From assembly GCA_027491215.1 (NCBI GenBank), contig JAIXWP010000103.1:10354-74353 (forward strand): a stretch of 64,000 bases of DNA. The letters run 5' to 3'. The notes below the pieces were generated by a model. It was not told the origin of the DNA. It did no database searches and saw only the letters and a program-made list of their open reading frames with translations. Position numbers and translations under genes: made by a program. This DNA comes from Flavobacteriales bacterium (GTDB lineage Bacteria > Bacteroidota > Bacteroidia > Flavobacteriales_D > Sanyastnellaceae). Shown piece by piece: positions 1-9,532 of the stretch; positions within the stretch are counted from its first letter, which is position 1, and every line of letters begins with the position of its first letter.

Positions 1-1683
1 TGCATACTGAATTCTATCGAGCGTAGACCTTTGCCAAACAGCTCGTAAAGCAAACACATCGAAGTCGGTTCTATCTGCAGTATCCGTTGAAATAAAGTTT
101 TGTGTTTGATAGTATTCGTCAAACATGTGAGAATACATTGACATAAACGAGAGCTTTCCTTTGTTGCCTGCAGGTACTGTAATTCCAGCCGTTCCTGTTC
201 GTTCGTTGAGTAATACAAAAGAAGGTTTTACATCATCAAAAAAAGTAGTCAATGACTTGTAATAATCCCATCTGTTTTGAGTGTATGCTCCAAAGAAAGA
301 GAGTGGGTATTTTCCAGGAAGATCCCAACGAACTTCACCAAGAATTGAAGCATAGAATCTGCCGAAGTAACTGTTAGCCGATATTGTTGCAGAAGTTTTT
401 CCAAATAGGTTATATCTCAAACCAACGAATCCTGCATTAATAGAGCGTGATGAGAAATTTCCTCCGAATGAAACAAATAGATCTTTTTCCTTTTCAACAT
501 CAAGATTCATTCGAAACTTCTTTGTTGCGGGATTGAAATGAAGCGTTGGAAAAATCGTTTTGATTTTATCGTCAGAAAATAGTCGAAAATAAGATTCACG
601 TAATTCACCAAGAGGAAGAGACTCGATTCTCTTGCTCATCATTCTTTTTACATAAAAGTTTTGGCTTTTATCAAGTCCATTGATACTAATTTCATCTACT
701 TCAAGCGGAGAAAATTTCGCTTTGAAAGCTTGTCTCTTTTTTTGTTTCTCCTCAAAAGACTCCCTCCGTTCGATCATTTCAAAAATGACGGATAAGCTGT
801 CCATAGTAGCTTTGTAGCCCGCTTCAATTGCATCCTCTGCGCGATCAAAATCGAACGTTCCTATTTCTTCACTTTTGGGTTCAATGATCACTAATTCATC
901 ACAAACTTTATAGAGTTCGTTTCTGAAAAGAATCATACTTTCCAATTGTGAGAATAGATCTCCTTCAGAAGGGTCGCTATTTTCTCCAGACACATTGCAT
1001 CCCAAGATTACATCCGGCGCAAATTCACGATAAATGGTGCCGACGGGGAAGTTGTTGTAAATGCCACCGTCGAAAAGCAAGACACCATCCACTCTTCTAG
1101 GAGGTAAATAGAAAGGATAAGTACTAGAAGCTCTGAGGGCAACATTCAAGGGTCCATTTTTGAATGTAATCTCGCGTTTATTTTTTACATCAGCTGCAAT
1201 ACATCGGAATGGAATATAGAGGCTGTCAAAATTGCTCCCGCTTGCTTGATCTGCTTGACTAAAACTAGACATTAGATTCCAATCAAGTTGAACCGGATCA
1301 ATTAGGTTAGTAGGAATCGCATTTGTGATGAAAGTTCCTTTGCTGTATTTGATCGTACCCATCGATGCAGAGGGCTCTGGATCTTTAAAATAAAAACGAA
1401 AATCATCATCTAATTGACCGGTAACCATTTGCATAAAGGGTTCGCTACGCACGAAGGAATCGATCTCTGCAACTGAATATCCGCTTGCGTACATGCCAGC
1501 AATGACAGACCCCATGCTTGTACCGCCGATGTAATCGATTGGAATTTCATTGTCTTCCAATACTTTTAGGAACCCCACATGGGCTAATGCTGTTGCACCG
1601 CCACCACTTAACACTACTCCCACCTTTTGGGCAGAATAATGCTGAAAAACAAATAAAAACAAGACGATTAGTAGTGAACGCAT
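1..1683 (-). CDS. patatin-like phospholipase fused to an Omp85/surface-antigen-like C-terminal region (partial; the 3' end runs off the left edge)
   Basis: My own minus-strand translation from the ATG (complement of cat 1681-1683) stays open for 561 codons down to position 1. It is absent from the ORF track because there is no stop in the window. The N-terminus MRSLLIVLFLFVFQHYSAQ is signal-like. Patatin motifs follow: SGGGATALAHVG (Gly-rich oxyanion loop), GTSMGS (G-x-S-x-G) and FDGGIYNN (catalytic D-G). The distal part is aromatic/Gly-rich, as in beta-barrels. Confidence 0.85.
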   Translation of the reverse strand, partial: MRSLLIVLFLFVFQHYSAQKVGVVLSGGGATALAHVGFLKVLEDNEIPIDYIGGTSMGSVIAGMYASGYSVAEIDSFVRSEPFMQMVTGQLDDDFRFYFKDPEPSASMGTIKYSKGTFITNAIPTNLIDPVQLDWNLMSSFSQADQASGSNFDSLYIPFRCIAADVKNKREITFKNGPLNVALRASSTYPFYLPPRRVDGVLLFDGGIYNNFPVGTIYREFAPDVILGCNVSGENSDPSEGDLFSQLESMILFRNELYKVCDELVIIEPKSEEIGTFDFDRAEDAIEAGYKATMDSLSVIFEMIERRESFEEKQKKRQAFKAKFSPLEVDEISINGLDKSQNFYVKRMMSKRIESLPLGELRESYFRLFSDDKIKTIFPTLHFNPATKKFRMNLDVEKEKDLFVSFGGNFSSRSINAGFVGLRYNLFGKTSATISANSYFGRFYASILGEVRWDLPGKYPLSFFGAYTQNRWDYYKSLTTFFDDVKPSFVLLNERTGTAGITVPAGNKGKLSFMSMYSHMFDEYYQTQNFISTDTADRTDFDVFALRAVWQRSTLDRIQYA

Positions 1684-1777
1684 GGAATCAGTTGATCACT
1701 GCAAAGTAACGATAAGTAATCTAAAATTCACCACCAAACCTCTTTGAATGGTTATTAAACAGAGTTGAATGGCAATT

Positions 1778-2566
1778 CTAAAAAGCTTTCTCCCTTAATT
1801 TATCAAAGTATTTGAATGATTTTAAAAGGCGAGATCCATACCAACTAAACATTTCCCCATCCACGATCAATACTTCCGTTTGAGGTAAATGTTCTTTAAA
1901 GTAAGAGACGTGCGACTGTTTGAAAGGAAAAGGTTCTGACGACAAGAAAAGCAAATGCGGTGCTTCCGCAATGATATCATCTATGGTGATTACTGGGTAA
2001 CGTTTGAGATGGCTAAAACAATTATCCCAACCACCGATTCCGAGCATATCGTGAATGAAATTATTACTCCCTACCGCCATTAATGGATCGTTCCATATGA
2101 GATAAGCGACGGTGCCGAATTCTTGATCCGCAGCATTGTAAACGCGTTGCTCATCCTGGATTCTATTGAGCCAATCTTGTGCTTCCACTTCACGATTGGT
2201 CAACATGCCAATATCAGACATCGACTGATACGCCTCCTTAAGCGTATTGATATCACTGATATAAATGGGAAAACGCTCCGCTAACCATTCGATGTCCGAC
2301 AAAGTGTTCTCTTCCTTATTTGCGATGATTAAATCAGGATTTAATGCTGCAATTTTATCAAGATGTAGATTTTTAGTTCCACCTATTTTTTGCTTTGATT
2401 CGAACCAGCTTTTCGGATGTATGCAGAATTTCGTGATGCCGATCACTTCATTTTCAAGCCCGAGATCAAACAAGTATTCAGATTGAGAAGGTACCGTAGA
2501 GACTATGCGTCGAGCGGGTCGAGCGAGCTCCACCTTTTTTCCAACGCCGTCTATTACAGTAATCAT
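1778..2566 (-). CDS. BtuF/TroA-type (class III, helical-backbone) substrate-binding-protein-fold protein without a signal peptide
   Basis: 262-aa ORF. The N-terminal pattern RIVSTVPSQSEYLFDLGLENEVIGIT...LNPDLIIAN is typical of cobalamin/siderophore binding proteins. It begins MITVIDGVGKK with no hydrophobic leader. Its ATG overlaps the ligase stop (ATGA at 2563-2566). Confidence 0.6.
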   Translation of the reverse strand: MITVIDGVGKKVELARPARRIVSTVPSQSEYLFDLGLENEVIGITKFCIHPKSWFESKQKIGGTKNLHLDKIAALNPDLIIANKEENTLSDIEWLAERFPIYISDINTLKEAYQSMSDIGMLTNREVEAQDWLNRIQDEQRVYNAADQEFGTVAYLIWNDPLMAVGSNNFIHDMLGIGGWDNCFSHLKRYPVITIDDIIAEAPHLLFLSSEPFPFKQSHVSYFKEHLPQTEVLIVDGEMFSWYGSRLLKSFKYFDKLREKAF

Positions 2567-4152
2567 GAGGGATTGATTTGATTCAACAAAGCTAGTAAGT
2601 CCTCTTTGGTATTCGCTTCATTTGCTAATTTATCTTTTCTCCATCGATGAATTCTAGGAAAACGCAGGGCTATACCGCTTTTATGTCTACTCGATAATTG
2701 AATTCCTTCAAATGCAATTTCAAAAACGAGAGTTGGGATAACAGATCGAACTGGGCCGAATTTATCAATCGTATTCTTTTTTACAAATGCATCTACTTCC
2801 TTCATCTCCGCATCAGTCAGACCAGAATAAGCCTTTGTAAAGGGCAATAGGTTTCCTTCATGCCATATAGCGAAGGTGAAATCAGTATATAAGTTCGCTC
2901 GGCGACCATGTCCTTTCATTGCATAAATCATCACTGCATCGATGGTCATAGCGTCCAATTTCCATTTCCACCAATCGCCTTTCTTTCTGCCAACTTTGTA
3001 GGCAGAGGATCTGCGTTTGAGCATCAAACCTTCGCACTTCAACTGCCTACTAGTGCTGCGGATTTCAATTATTTCTGACCATGAATTAGCGTTGATTTCT
3101 TCTGAAAGAATTAGCTTTTCAGAATTTATTTCTGACGTGAGTAAGGAAAGTTCAAGACGTCTTTTTTCAAGAGAAGTTTCTCTCAAATCAGCACCATTCA
3201 ATTCCAATAAATCATATGTTATGAAAGCAATTGGTGAAGTTTCCAATGCTTTTTTAGTGAGATTCTTTCTTCCAATTCGCGTTTGTAAATTGGCAAATGG
3301 CATGACCTCTTTTCCATCATGACAAATAATTTCACCATCGATTACGAAGTCTTTTTCTACGTTTTTGAGAAAATGTAGTTCTGGAATTTTTTCAGTCATC
3401 AACTCCTCTCCCCTGCTCCAAATGAAGACTTCACCGTTTCGCTTAATTATTTGGCCTCGAATTCCATCCCACTTTTTTTCAATCACCCAATCTTCCAAAG
3501 AACCAAGATCGGACACTTCACCTTCGAGAGCATATGCAAGATAAAATGGATAGGGTACTGCATCATTTCGTTGATCTTCACTCCTGACGAGTTGTTGAAA
3601 GTCTGTGTCATTTGGCGACCACTTCCCCATTAGACGATGAGCCAAGACTTCTTGTGGAATATTTGTGTGAATAGCAAGCGCTTTCAAAATGAGTTGTTGT
3701 GAAACGCCCATTCTAAAGCCTCCTCCAATCAATTTATTAAAAATAAATTTTGTGTCCACATCCATCCCTTTCCATGCATTGAGCACATATGCGATTCGAA
3801 TTTCTTCATCCTTTTTTTTCAGATTTGAAATTTCTGTCATCCAATGAGCAAGAGAGAAATCTTCTATTTCATACTCTTGTTTTACAAGAAGAGAAATTGT
3901 TTCAGAAAGATCGCCAACCACTAAATATGTTTCATCGAAAAGCCAAGAAGATAGCATTGCTGCCTCAGCAGCAATAGCCTTCAAAACGCCACTCTGCAGT
4001 GGTTTCGGCGGTCTTTTATCTGTGAGTAGCGCGATGGCCCAAAGTTTATCTTCATCACTACTTTCTTCGAAGTACTTCGCTAGAAATTGAATGCGTGTAT
4101 TCGTCTTGGTAGTAGACTCCAAATCGCGATAGAGTTGAACGAAACGCTTCAT
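2563..4152 (-). CDS. ATP-dependent DNA ligase (ligase-associated repair type)
   Basis: 529 aa. Adenylation motif I is EKKWDGIRGQ (K-x-D-G-x-R). The length and the N-terminal DNA-binding region fit bacterial ATP-dependent ligases that pair with an MBL exonuclease. ATGA overlap with the upstream gene at 4149-4152. Confidence 0.9.
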   Translation of the reverse strand: MKRFVQLYRDLESTTKTNTRIQFLAKYFEESSDEDKLWAIALLTDKRPPKPLQSGVLKAIAAEAAMLSSWLFDETYLVVGDLSETISLLVKQEYEIEDFSLAHWMTEISNLKKKDEEIRIAYVLNAWKGMDVDTKFIFNKLIGGGFRMGVSQQLILKALAIHTNIPQEVLAHRLMGKWSPNDTDFQQLVRSEDQRNDAVPYPFYLAYALEGEVSDLGSLEDWVIEKKWDGIRGQIIKRNGEVFIWSRGEELMTEKIPELHFLKNVEKDFVIDGEIICHDGKEVMPFANLQTRIGRKNLTKKALETSPIAFITYDLLELNGADLRETSLEKRRLELSLLTSEINSEKLILSEEINANSWSEIIEIRSTSRQLKCEGLMLKRRSSAYKVGRKKGDWWKWKLDAMTIDAVMIYAMKGHGRRANLYTDFTFAIWHEGNLLPFTKAYSGLTDAEMKEVDAFVKKNTIDKFGPVRSVIPTLVFEIAFEGIQLSSRHKSGIALRFPRIHRWRKDKLANEANTKEDLLALLNQINPS

Positions 4153-5135
4153 ACCTCTTCCTCCCCGAATTCAGTTTTTTCTGTAATCGCATTCCAGCCA
4201 TTCTCCGATAAGTATTTAGCAAAAACATCTGTATAGCCGTGTGTCACGATTACCTTTTCTGCCCCAGTGCTTTTTACCGCTGTGATCAAAGAATTCCAAT
4301 CCGCGTGATCTGATATGACTAAGCCCTTCTCCACATTCATTCTTCGTCGCGCTCCGCGCAGTGTCATCCATCCACTGGCATTTGCTTCTGCCAAATTTTT
4401 AAACTTGGCAGTCCATGCACTGCCTTGAGTGCTAGGTGGAGCGAGAATCATAGCTCCTTCCAACTCTTTTGGCGCAACATTTTTATCCAAATAAATAGAT
4501 TCCCGAAGGGCCAAACCACAACTCGCCAATACTTCATTTGATTGATGCACCGCACCGTGCACGAACACTTTACCTTGATCACCAAGAGCGTTGAGAATTC
4601 TTTGGGCTTTACCCAAAGAATAACAATAAATGATCGAGGTCTTTTTCGCTCTTGCATTTATATCCCACCAGTCATTTATTTCTTGGTTCAAAATAGCTGG
4701 TTGTTTCCATTCATAGATTGGTAATCCAAATGTGCTTTCAGTTATAAATGCGTGGCACTTCACCGGATCGAATGGTTCTGAGATACCATCCACATCTAAT
4801 TTATAATCACCAGCAGCCACCCAAACTTCGCCTCCAAATTCGACTCGTACTTGACTTGATCCTGGGATATGTCCTGCCGGATGAAGACTAATCTTCACGC
4901 CGTTTATAAAAGTCGTGTTATTATAGCTCACCTCATCCACTGAAATATTCTGTCCGATGCGATGGCGCATCATTGCTGCTGTAATTGGATGAGCGAGATA
5001 GGACTTCATTCCCCATCGGGCATGGTCAGAGTGTGCATGCGTAATGACAGCGCGCTCCACAGGCCGCCAAGGGTCGATATAGAAATCTCCTTGCTCACAA
5101 TAAATGCCATTAGATGTGAATTTTAGCAATGCCAT
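4149..5135 (-). CDS. ligase-associated DNA damage response exonuclease (metallo-beta-lactamase/beta-CASP fold)
   Basis: 328 aa. It carries the MBL motif HAHSDH near the N-terminus and a late SDHAD motif. It sits immediately upstream of the ATP-dependent ligase and is translationally coupled to it. Confidence 0.8.
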   Translation of the reverse strand: MALLKFTSNGIYCEQGDFYIDPWRPVERAVITHAHSDHARWGMKSYLAHPITAAMMRHRIGQNISVDEVSYNNTTFINGVKISLHPAGHIPGSSQVRVEFGGEVWVAAGDYKLDVDGISEPFDPVKCHAFITESTFGLPIYEWKQPAILNQEINDWWDINARAKKTSIIYCYSLGKAQRILNALGDQGKVFVHGAVHQSNEVLASCGLALRESIYLDKNVAPKELEGAMILAPPSTQGSAWTAKFKNLAEANASGWMTLRGARRRMNVEKGLVISDHADWNSLITAVKSTGAEKVIVTHGYTDVFAKYLSENGWNAITEKTEFGEEEV

Positions 5136-5157
5136 GACACAATAACTTAAAGCAGCG

Positions 5158-5165
5158 TACCTTTG
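5158..5165 (+). promoter_or_regulatory. Bacteroidota-type -7 promoter box (TAccTTTG)
   Basis: Exact match to TAnnTTTG, ending 4 nt before the ATG at 5170, inside a 34-nt divergent intergenic region. Confidence 0.4.
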
Positions 5166-5169
5166 TTCT

Positions 5170-6114
5170 ATGGCCGAATCTAAAGAAAAAAGAACCCTTT
5201 TTATCCTTTACATCCTAGGAATTTACATTTTGTTTCAAGCCTCATGGTGGGCTTATCATCTCATTGATCTCAACGGAGAAATGTATGAAATGAAAAGTAT
5301 CATGACCGGCATAGATCACTCTAAAATTTATCAGACCAAAGTTTGGATGATCATTGGTGAAGGAAGCATTTTTCTCATTCTTTTAGGAATTGGTTTTTGG
5401 CAAATAAAAAAGAACATTTCAAAAGAGTTACGTCTGGCAAGAATGGAGAAAACGTTTCTTCTTTCAGTTACGCATGAGCTAAAAACTCCGATCGCCGCGG
5501 TGAAGTTGTTCTTAGAGACATTGAAAACTAGGAAGCTTCAACCAGAGCAGTCTGCGAAGATTATAGAGGATGCATTGAAAGAAACAACAAGACTTCAAAC
5601 CTTATCAGAAAATATTCTCTTAGCGACAAGGCTTGATCAGATGAGAGAAAAATTATTGGATGAAGACATTGAATTATCAGAAGTAATTCAACAGTGCACA
5701 ACTCGATATCGATCATTATTTCCTGATCGAAAAATTGAAATGAGGATACAGGAAAAAATTCACATCAAAGGTGATGTTCAATTCATCCAAGCGATGACAT
5801 CAAATTTGCTTGAAAATGCATTAAAGTATTCACCATCGCATGAGCCGATTGAAGTGATTTTAAAAAAAGAAAATGGCATTCCCACCCTTGAATACCGTGA
5901 CTTTGGAACAGGTATTCCCGGAGAAGAAAAGCAACGTGTATTCGAAAAGTTTTATCGAATTGGCAATGAAGACACGCGAAAGACAAAGGGTACGGGTTTA
6001 GGATTATACATCGTTAGGAACATAGTAAAATTGCATGGTGGAAGTATTGAAATCGAACCGAATATTCCTCATGGAAGTATTTTCAAAATCACACTTCCCA
6101 AAACACTGAATTAA
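5170..6114 (+). CDS. membrane-bound sensor histidine kinase
   Basis: 314 aa with two N-terminal hydrophobic segments. H-box SVTHELKTPIAAV. N/G boxes (NLLENALKYS, DFGTGIP, GTGLGLYIV) of the HATPase_c domain. Confidence 0.85.
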   Translation: MAESKEKRTLFILYILGIYILFQASWWAYHLIDLNGEMYEMKSIMTGIDHSKIYQTKVWMIIGEGSIFLILLGIGFWQIKKNISKELRLARMEKTFLLSVTHELKTPIAAVKLFLETLKTRKLQPEQSAKIIEDALKETTRLQTLSENILLATRLDQMREKLLDEDIELSEVIQQCTTRYRSLFPDRKIEMRIQEKIHIKGDVQFIQAMTSNLLENALKYSPSHEPIEVILKKENGIPTLEYRDFGTGIPGEEKQRVFEKFYRIGNEDTRKTKGTGLGLYIVRNIVKLHGGSIEIEPNIPHGSIFKITLPKTLN

Positions 6115-6121
6115 GAGAATT

Positions 6122-7636
6122 ATGAATAAAAAAGTTGCATTAATCATTTTAGATGGATGGGGCCACGGCCGCAAAGACAGCAGCAACGCTATTTACATGG
6201 CTAACACTCCCTATACAGATTCACTTTATAAGAATTATGCGAATGCAGAGCTTCGGACAGATGGTGAAAACGTAGGGTTACCTGAAGGTCAAATGGGAAA
6301 TAGTGAGGTAGGACACATGAATATCGGTGCTGGTCGTGTCGTCTATCAAGATCTTGTGAAAATTAACATCGCCATTCGCGAAAAGAGTTTTCAGCAACAA
6401 GAAGTTATTCTGAATGCATACAAGTACGCCCAAGAAAAAGGCAAGCGAGTACATCTATTAGGATTAGTTAGCGATGGCGGTGTGCATTCGCACATTACAC
6501 ACGTGCAAGCATTAGCGCAACTCGCTGGCGAGTTTTCAAGTGTTTCCACTTTTATTCACGCCTTCACAGATGGCAGAGATACCGATCCGAAAAGTGGTCT
6601 TGGATTTATTAAACAATTAGAATCAAGCATTATCACACCCAATGTTCGTGTCGCGACAGTATGCGGACGCTATTACGCTATGGACCGTGACAAAAGATGG
6701 GAACGTGTGAAACTGGCGTATGACCTTATGGTCAAGGGAGAAGGAGAACATTTTGAAAACGCAGAAGACGCAATTCGTGCAGCCTACAATAGCGATGTTA
6801 CAGATGAGTTTATCAAGCCAGCAATTATTGGAGATAACAACGCTACAATCCAAGAAGGCGATGTTGTTTTCTGTTTCAATTTTAGAACAGACCGCTGCAG
6901 AGAAATTACTGAAGCTCTTTCACAGCAAGCCTTTCCTGAGTATGATATGAAGCCACTTAGGTTGCACTACATCACAATGACCAATTATGATGATAATTTC
7001 AAGAATGTGCATGTGGTTTATGACAAAGACAACTTGGTAATGACTTTGGGAGAAGTGATTTCCAATGCTGGAAAGACCCAAATAAGAATAGCAGAAACAG
7101 AAAAATATCCTCACGTCACATTCTTTTTCAGTGGCGGTCGTGAAGCGGAATTTGTTGGAGAACGCAGAGCAATGGTTTCATCACCAAAAGTGGCAACCTA
7201 TGATCTACAACCTCAAATGAGTGCCGAAGGGATAACTAAAACAATCACTGACTTGATGAAAGAGTCTCCTGCTGATTTTATTTGCCTGAACTTCGCAAAT
7301 CCAGATATGGTTGGGCACACAGGAGATTTTCAAGCAATTGTAAAAGCAGTCGAAACAACTGATGCATGTCTAAAAGAAGTGGTTTCTGTTGGTCAACCGC
7401 TCGGCTATTCATTTGTAGTAATTGCGGATCATGGCAATGCAGATTACGCAGTGAATGAGGATGGAAGTCCTAATACTGCCCACACAACTAATCCTGTTCC
7501 AATTTGGATTATTGATCAGGATGTAAAGAAAATTGGCAGTGGTAAGCTAGCAGATGTTGCACCTACGATACTCGATTTAATGGGCATAAAAAAGCCCGTC
7601 GAAATGACGGGCTTGTCTCTTATTCACCACGTTTAA
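6122..7636 (+). CDS. gpmI: 2,3-bisphosphoglycerate-independent phosphoglycerate mutase
   Basis: 504 aa. N-terminal LIILDGWG, catalytic-Ser region GNSEVGHMNIGAGR, and C-terminal ADHGNAD are characteristic of iPGM. Confidence 0.95.
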   Translation: MNKKVALIILDGWGHGRKDSSNAIYMANTPYTDSLYKNYANAELRTDGENVGLPEGQMGNSEVGHMNIGAGRVVYQDLVKINIAIREKSFQQQEVILNAYKYAQEKGKRVHLLGLVSDGGVHSHITHVQALAQLAGEFSSVSTFIHAFTDGRDTDPKSGLGFIKQLESSIITPNVRVATVCGRYYAMDRDKRWERVKLAYDLMVKGEGEHFENAEDAIRAAYNSDVTDEFIKPAIIGDNNATIQEGDVVFCFNFRTDRCREITEALSQQAFPEYDMKPLRLHYITMTNYDDNFKNVHVVYDKDNLVMTLGEVISNAGKTQIRIAETEKYPHVTFFFSGGREAEFVGERRAMVSSPKVATYDLQPQMSAEGITKTITDLMKESPADFICLNFANPDMVGHTGDFQAIVKAVETTDACLKEVVSVGQPLGYSFVVIADHGNADYAVNEDGSPNTAHTTNPVPIWIIDQDVKKIGSGKLADVAPTILDLMGIKKPVEMTGLSLIHHV

Positions 7637-9476
7637 TCATAACGTTTCCGGAATATATTTCTCCGTCACTTCTTTGGAAGACGTAGAAATATGTTCCGTC
7701 TGGTGAATCATCACCGTCCCACTGATTATTGTAGTTGTCTGATTCAAATACTATGGTTCCCCATCTGTTCCACACAGTTAATGAGCTGCCTGGGAAGAAC
7801 TGCACACCTTGAATTACGAATGCCTTGTTTTGAGCATCTGTGTTTGGTGTGAAAATATTTGGAATTAAAGTTCCGCATGGCTGAACAGTTATAAGGATAT
7901 CACCTTCTTGTCCGCACTGATCAATTACTTCTACAAGGAAAATCCCATTTTGCAATCCCGTGAATAATTCTGTTTGTGAATTATAGGCCAACCCAAGTGT
8001 GTCATAAGTGACATCATATGGACGGCTTCCACCTTGAATCAAGGCGGTAGAAGTGCCGCTAAAGCAAAGCACTACAGTATCTACAACTGCGAATGGAAGA
8101 GGCTCAGTAATAATGAATGTAGCACTATCCGTAGAACCGCAGTAATCCGTTACAAATACTTCGTATTCTCCCGCATCACCTTCAGAATAGGTAGCAGTCG
8201 CAGTAGTTTGACCTGAAGACCATGAGTAAGTTAATCCTCCAAACCCTAATGAAGTTACTGGATCAACAACCTCAGAGCTGTTTGGGCAAATATTAGTTAC
8301 TGGAATTTCAGCGACCTCTAGAGGTTGGTAATCTATCAAATTCAATGAAGCGGACGCAGTAGCTGGCAATCCATCTATAGTCTCATAGTCAAATGAGATA
8401 ATAATCTCTTCAGTGCCTTCTACCAAGTCGTCTATGATTGCTTCGATTTCCACTACAATCTCACTATCTCCAGGTTGAAAAACAATTTGATCTGTTAATG
8501 ATGTAGTGTAGTCGACACCAGAAATAGCGGTACCACCTAATGTGATATCAAGAACTAATTCCTCAACGATACATTGTGGAGGAGTGATTACGAACTGACC
8601 TTCAATACAGCCTTCAAGAATCGAAAGTGCAGGGAAGCCTGGAGCAGGATTTACAACGATTGGTTGGATGAGATTGCTAGAAATATTGAAGCTTCCCTCT
8701 TCTAGGATTACCATTGAGTCTAATGATGTATCCACGCCATCTGCGATAGCCAAGCGGATGTGGTAAGTTTCTCCACAAATTAGATTTGCAACAGCAGTAA
8801 GAGTTGTTGTATAACCATTCAAAGCTGCAATTTCTTGGTTTGGATTATCAATGTAGTAGTTTGAGTTCAAACCAGGATTTACGCTGCTGATTGTAACAGG
8901 AAGTGCAGGGTTACTATTAGGAATAATTGCAATATTGGTAGCTCCATCCTGATAAGTGCCTGTAATACCTGGGCCACTCAAGAAGAAACCGAATACGTCG
9001 TTGTATTGAGTATTTACGAATGTAAGATACTCATTAGAGCCAAAAATAAAGTCGAATGAAAGGGCTGTTCCAGTTGCAACGAAGTCAAACTCGAGAATAG
9101 CTACGTCGTTAACAGAGCTAACCGAAAAACTTTGACCAATAAGCGGAGGAACTGAGTTCGCAACGGATAATAGGTCCGCATTTCCAGAGACTGGACTGGT
9201 TAAGAAAGTTCCGAAGTTGCCAATTTCCAAAGTTTGCACATCTGCAGTAGCAAGTACGATTCCAGACGGAATTTCAAATGGATTAACTGCTCCGCTCATT
9301 CCACCAAGCTGCAAAGCATCACCTGTGAATTGAGCGTTTGAATACTGAATACTAGGACCTAGTAGTAATTGAACTGCTGCATCAGCAGTCAATTGGTCCA
9401 CTTGAATCTGTGAAAATCCTGCATTGGAAACCAATGCTAATGCAATCAATAAAGCTATTTTTCTCATCATAATCAA
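7620..9476 (-). CDS. choice-of-anchor-L domain surface protein with a T9SS type-B (gliding motility-associated, CHU_C-like) C-terminal sorting domain
   Basis: 618 aa with a signal peptide. The N-terminal domain (ILEFDF...FGSNEY...FGFFLSGPGITG...YHIRLAIADGVDTSLDS) is paralogous to that of the next gene. The C-terminus FTPNTDAQNKAFVIQG...VWNRWG...DGTYFYV matches the type-B CTD pattern. Confidence 0.7.
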   Translation of the reverse strand: MIMMRKIALLIALALVSNAGFSQIQVDQLTADAAVQLLLGPSIQYSNAQFTGDALQLGGMSGAVNPFEIPSGIVLATADVQTLEIGNFGTFLTSPVSGNADLLSVANSVPPLIGQSFSVSSVNDVAILEFDFVATGTALSFDFIFGSNEYLTFVNTQYNDVFGFFLSGPGITGTYQDGATNIAIIPNSNPALPVTISSVNPGLNSNYYIDNPNQEIAALNGYTTTLTAVANLICGETYHIRLAIADGVDTSLDSMVILEEGSFNISSNLIQPIVVNPAPGFPALSILEGCIEGQFVITPPQCIVEELVLDITLGGTAISGVDYTTSLTDQIVFQPGDSEIVVEIEAIIDDLVEGTEEIIISFDYETIDGLPATASASLNLIDYQPLEVAEIPVTNICPNSSEVVDPVTSLGFGGLTYSWSSGQTTATATYSEGDAGEYEVFVTDYCGSTDSATFIITEPLPFAVVDTVVLCFSGTSTALIQGGSRPYDVTYDTLGLAYNSQTELFTGLQNGIFLVEVIDQCGQEGDILITVQPCGTLIPNIFTPNTDAQNKAFVIQGVQFFPGSSLTVWNRWGTIVFESDNYNNQWDGDDSPDGTYFYVFQRSDGEIYSGNVMIKRGE

Positions 9477-9532
9477 TTTCTCTTGTTGTGGTGACGAAAG
9501 TAATTCAACAGAAGTTGTATTGTACCCAAATA

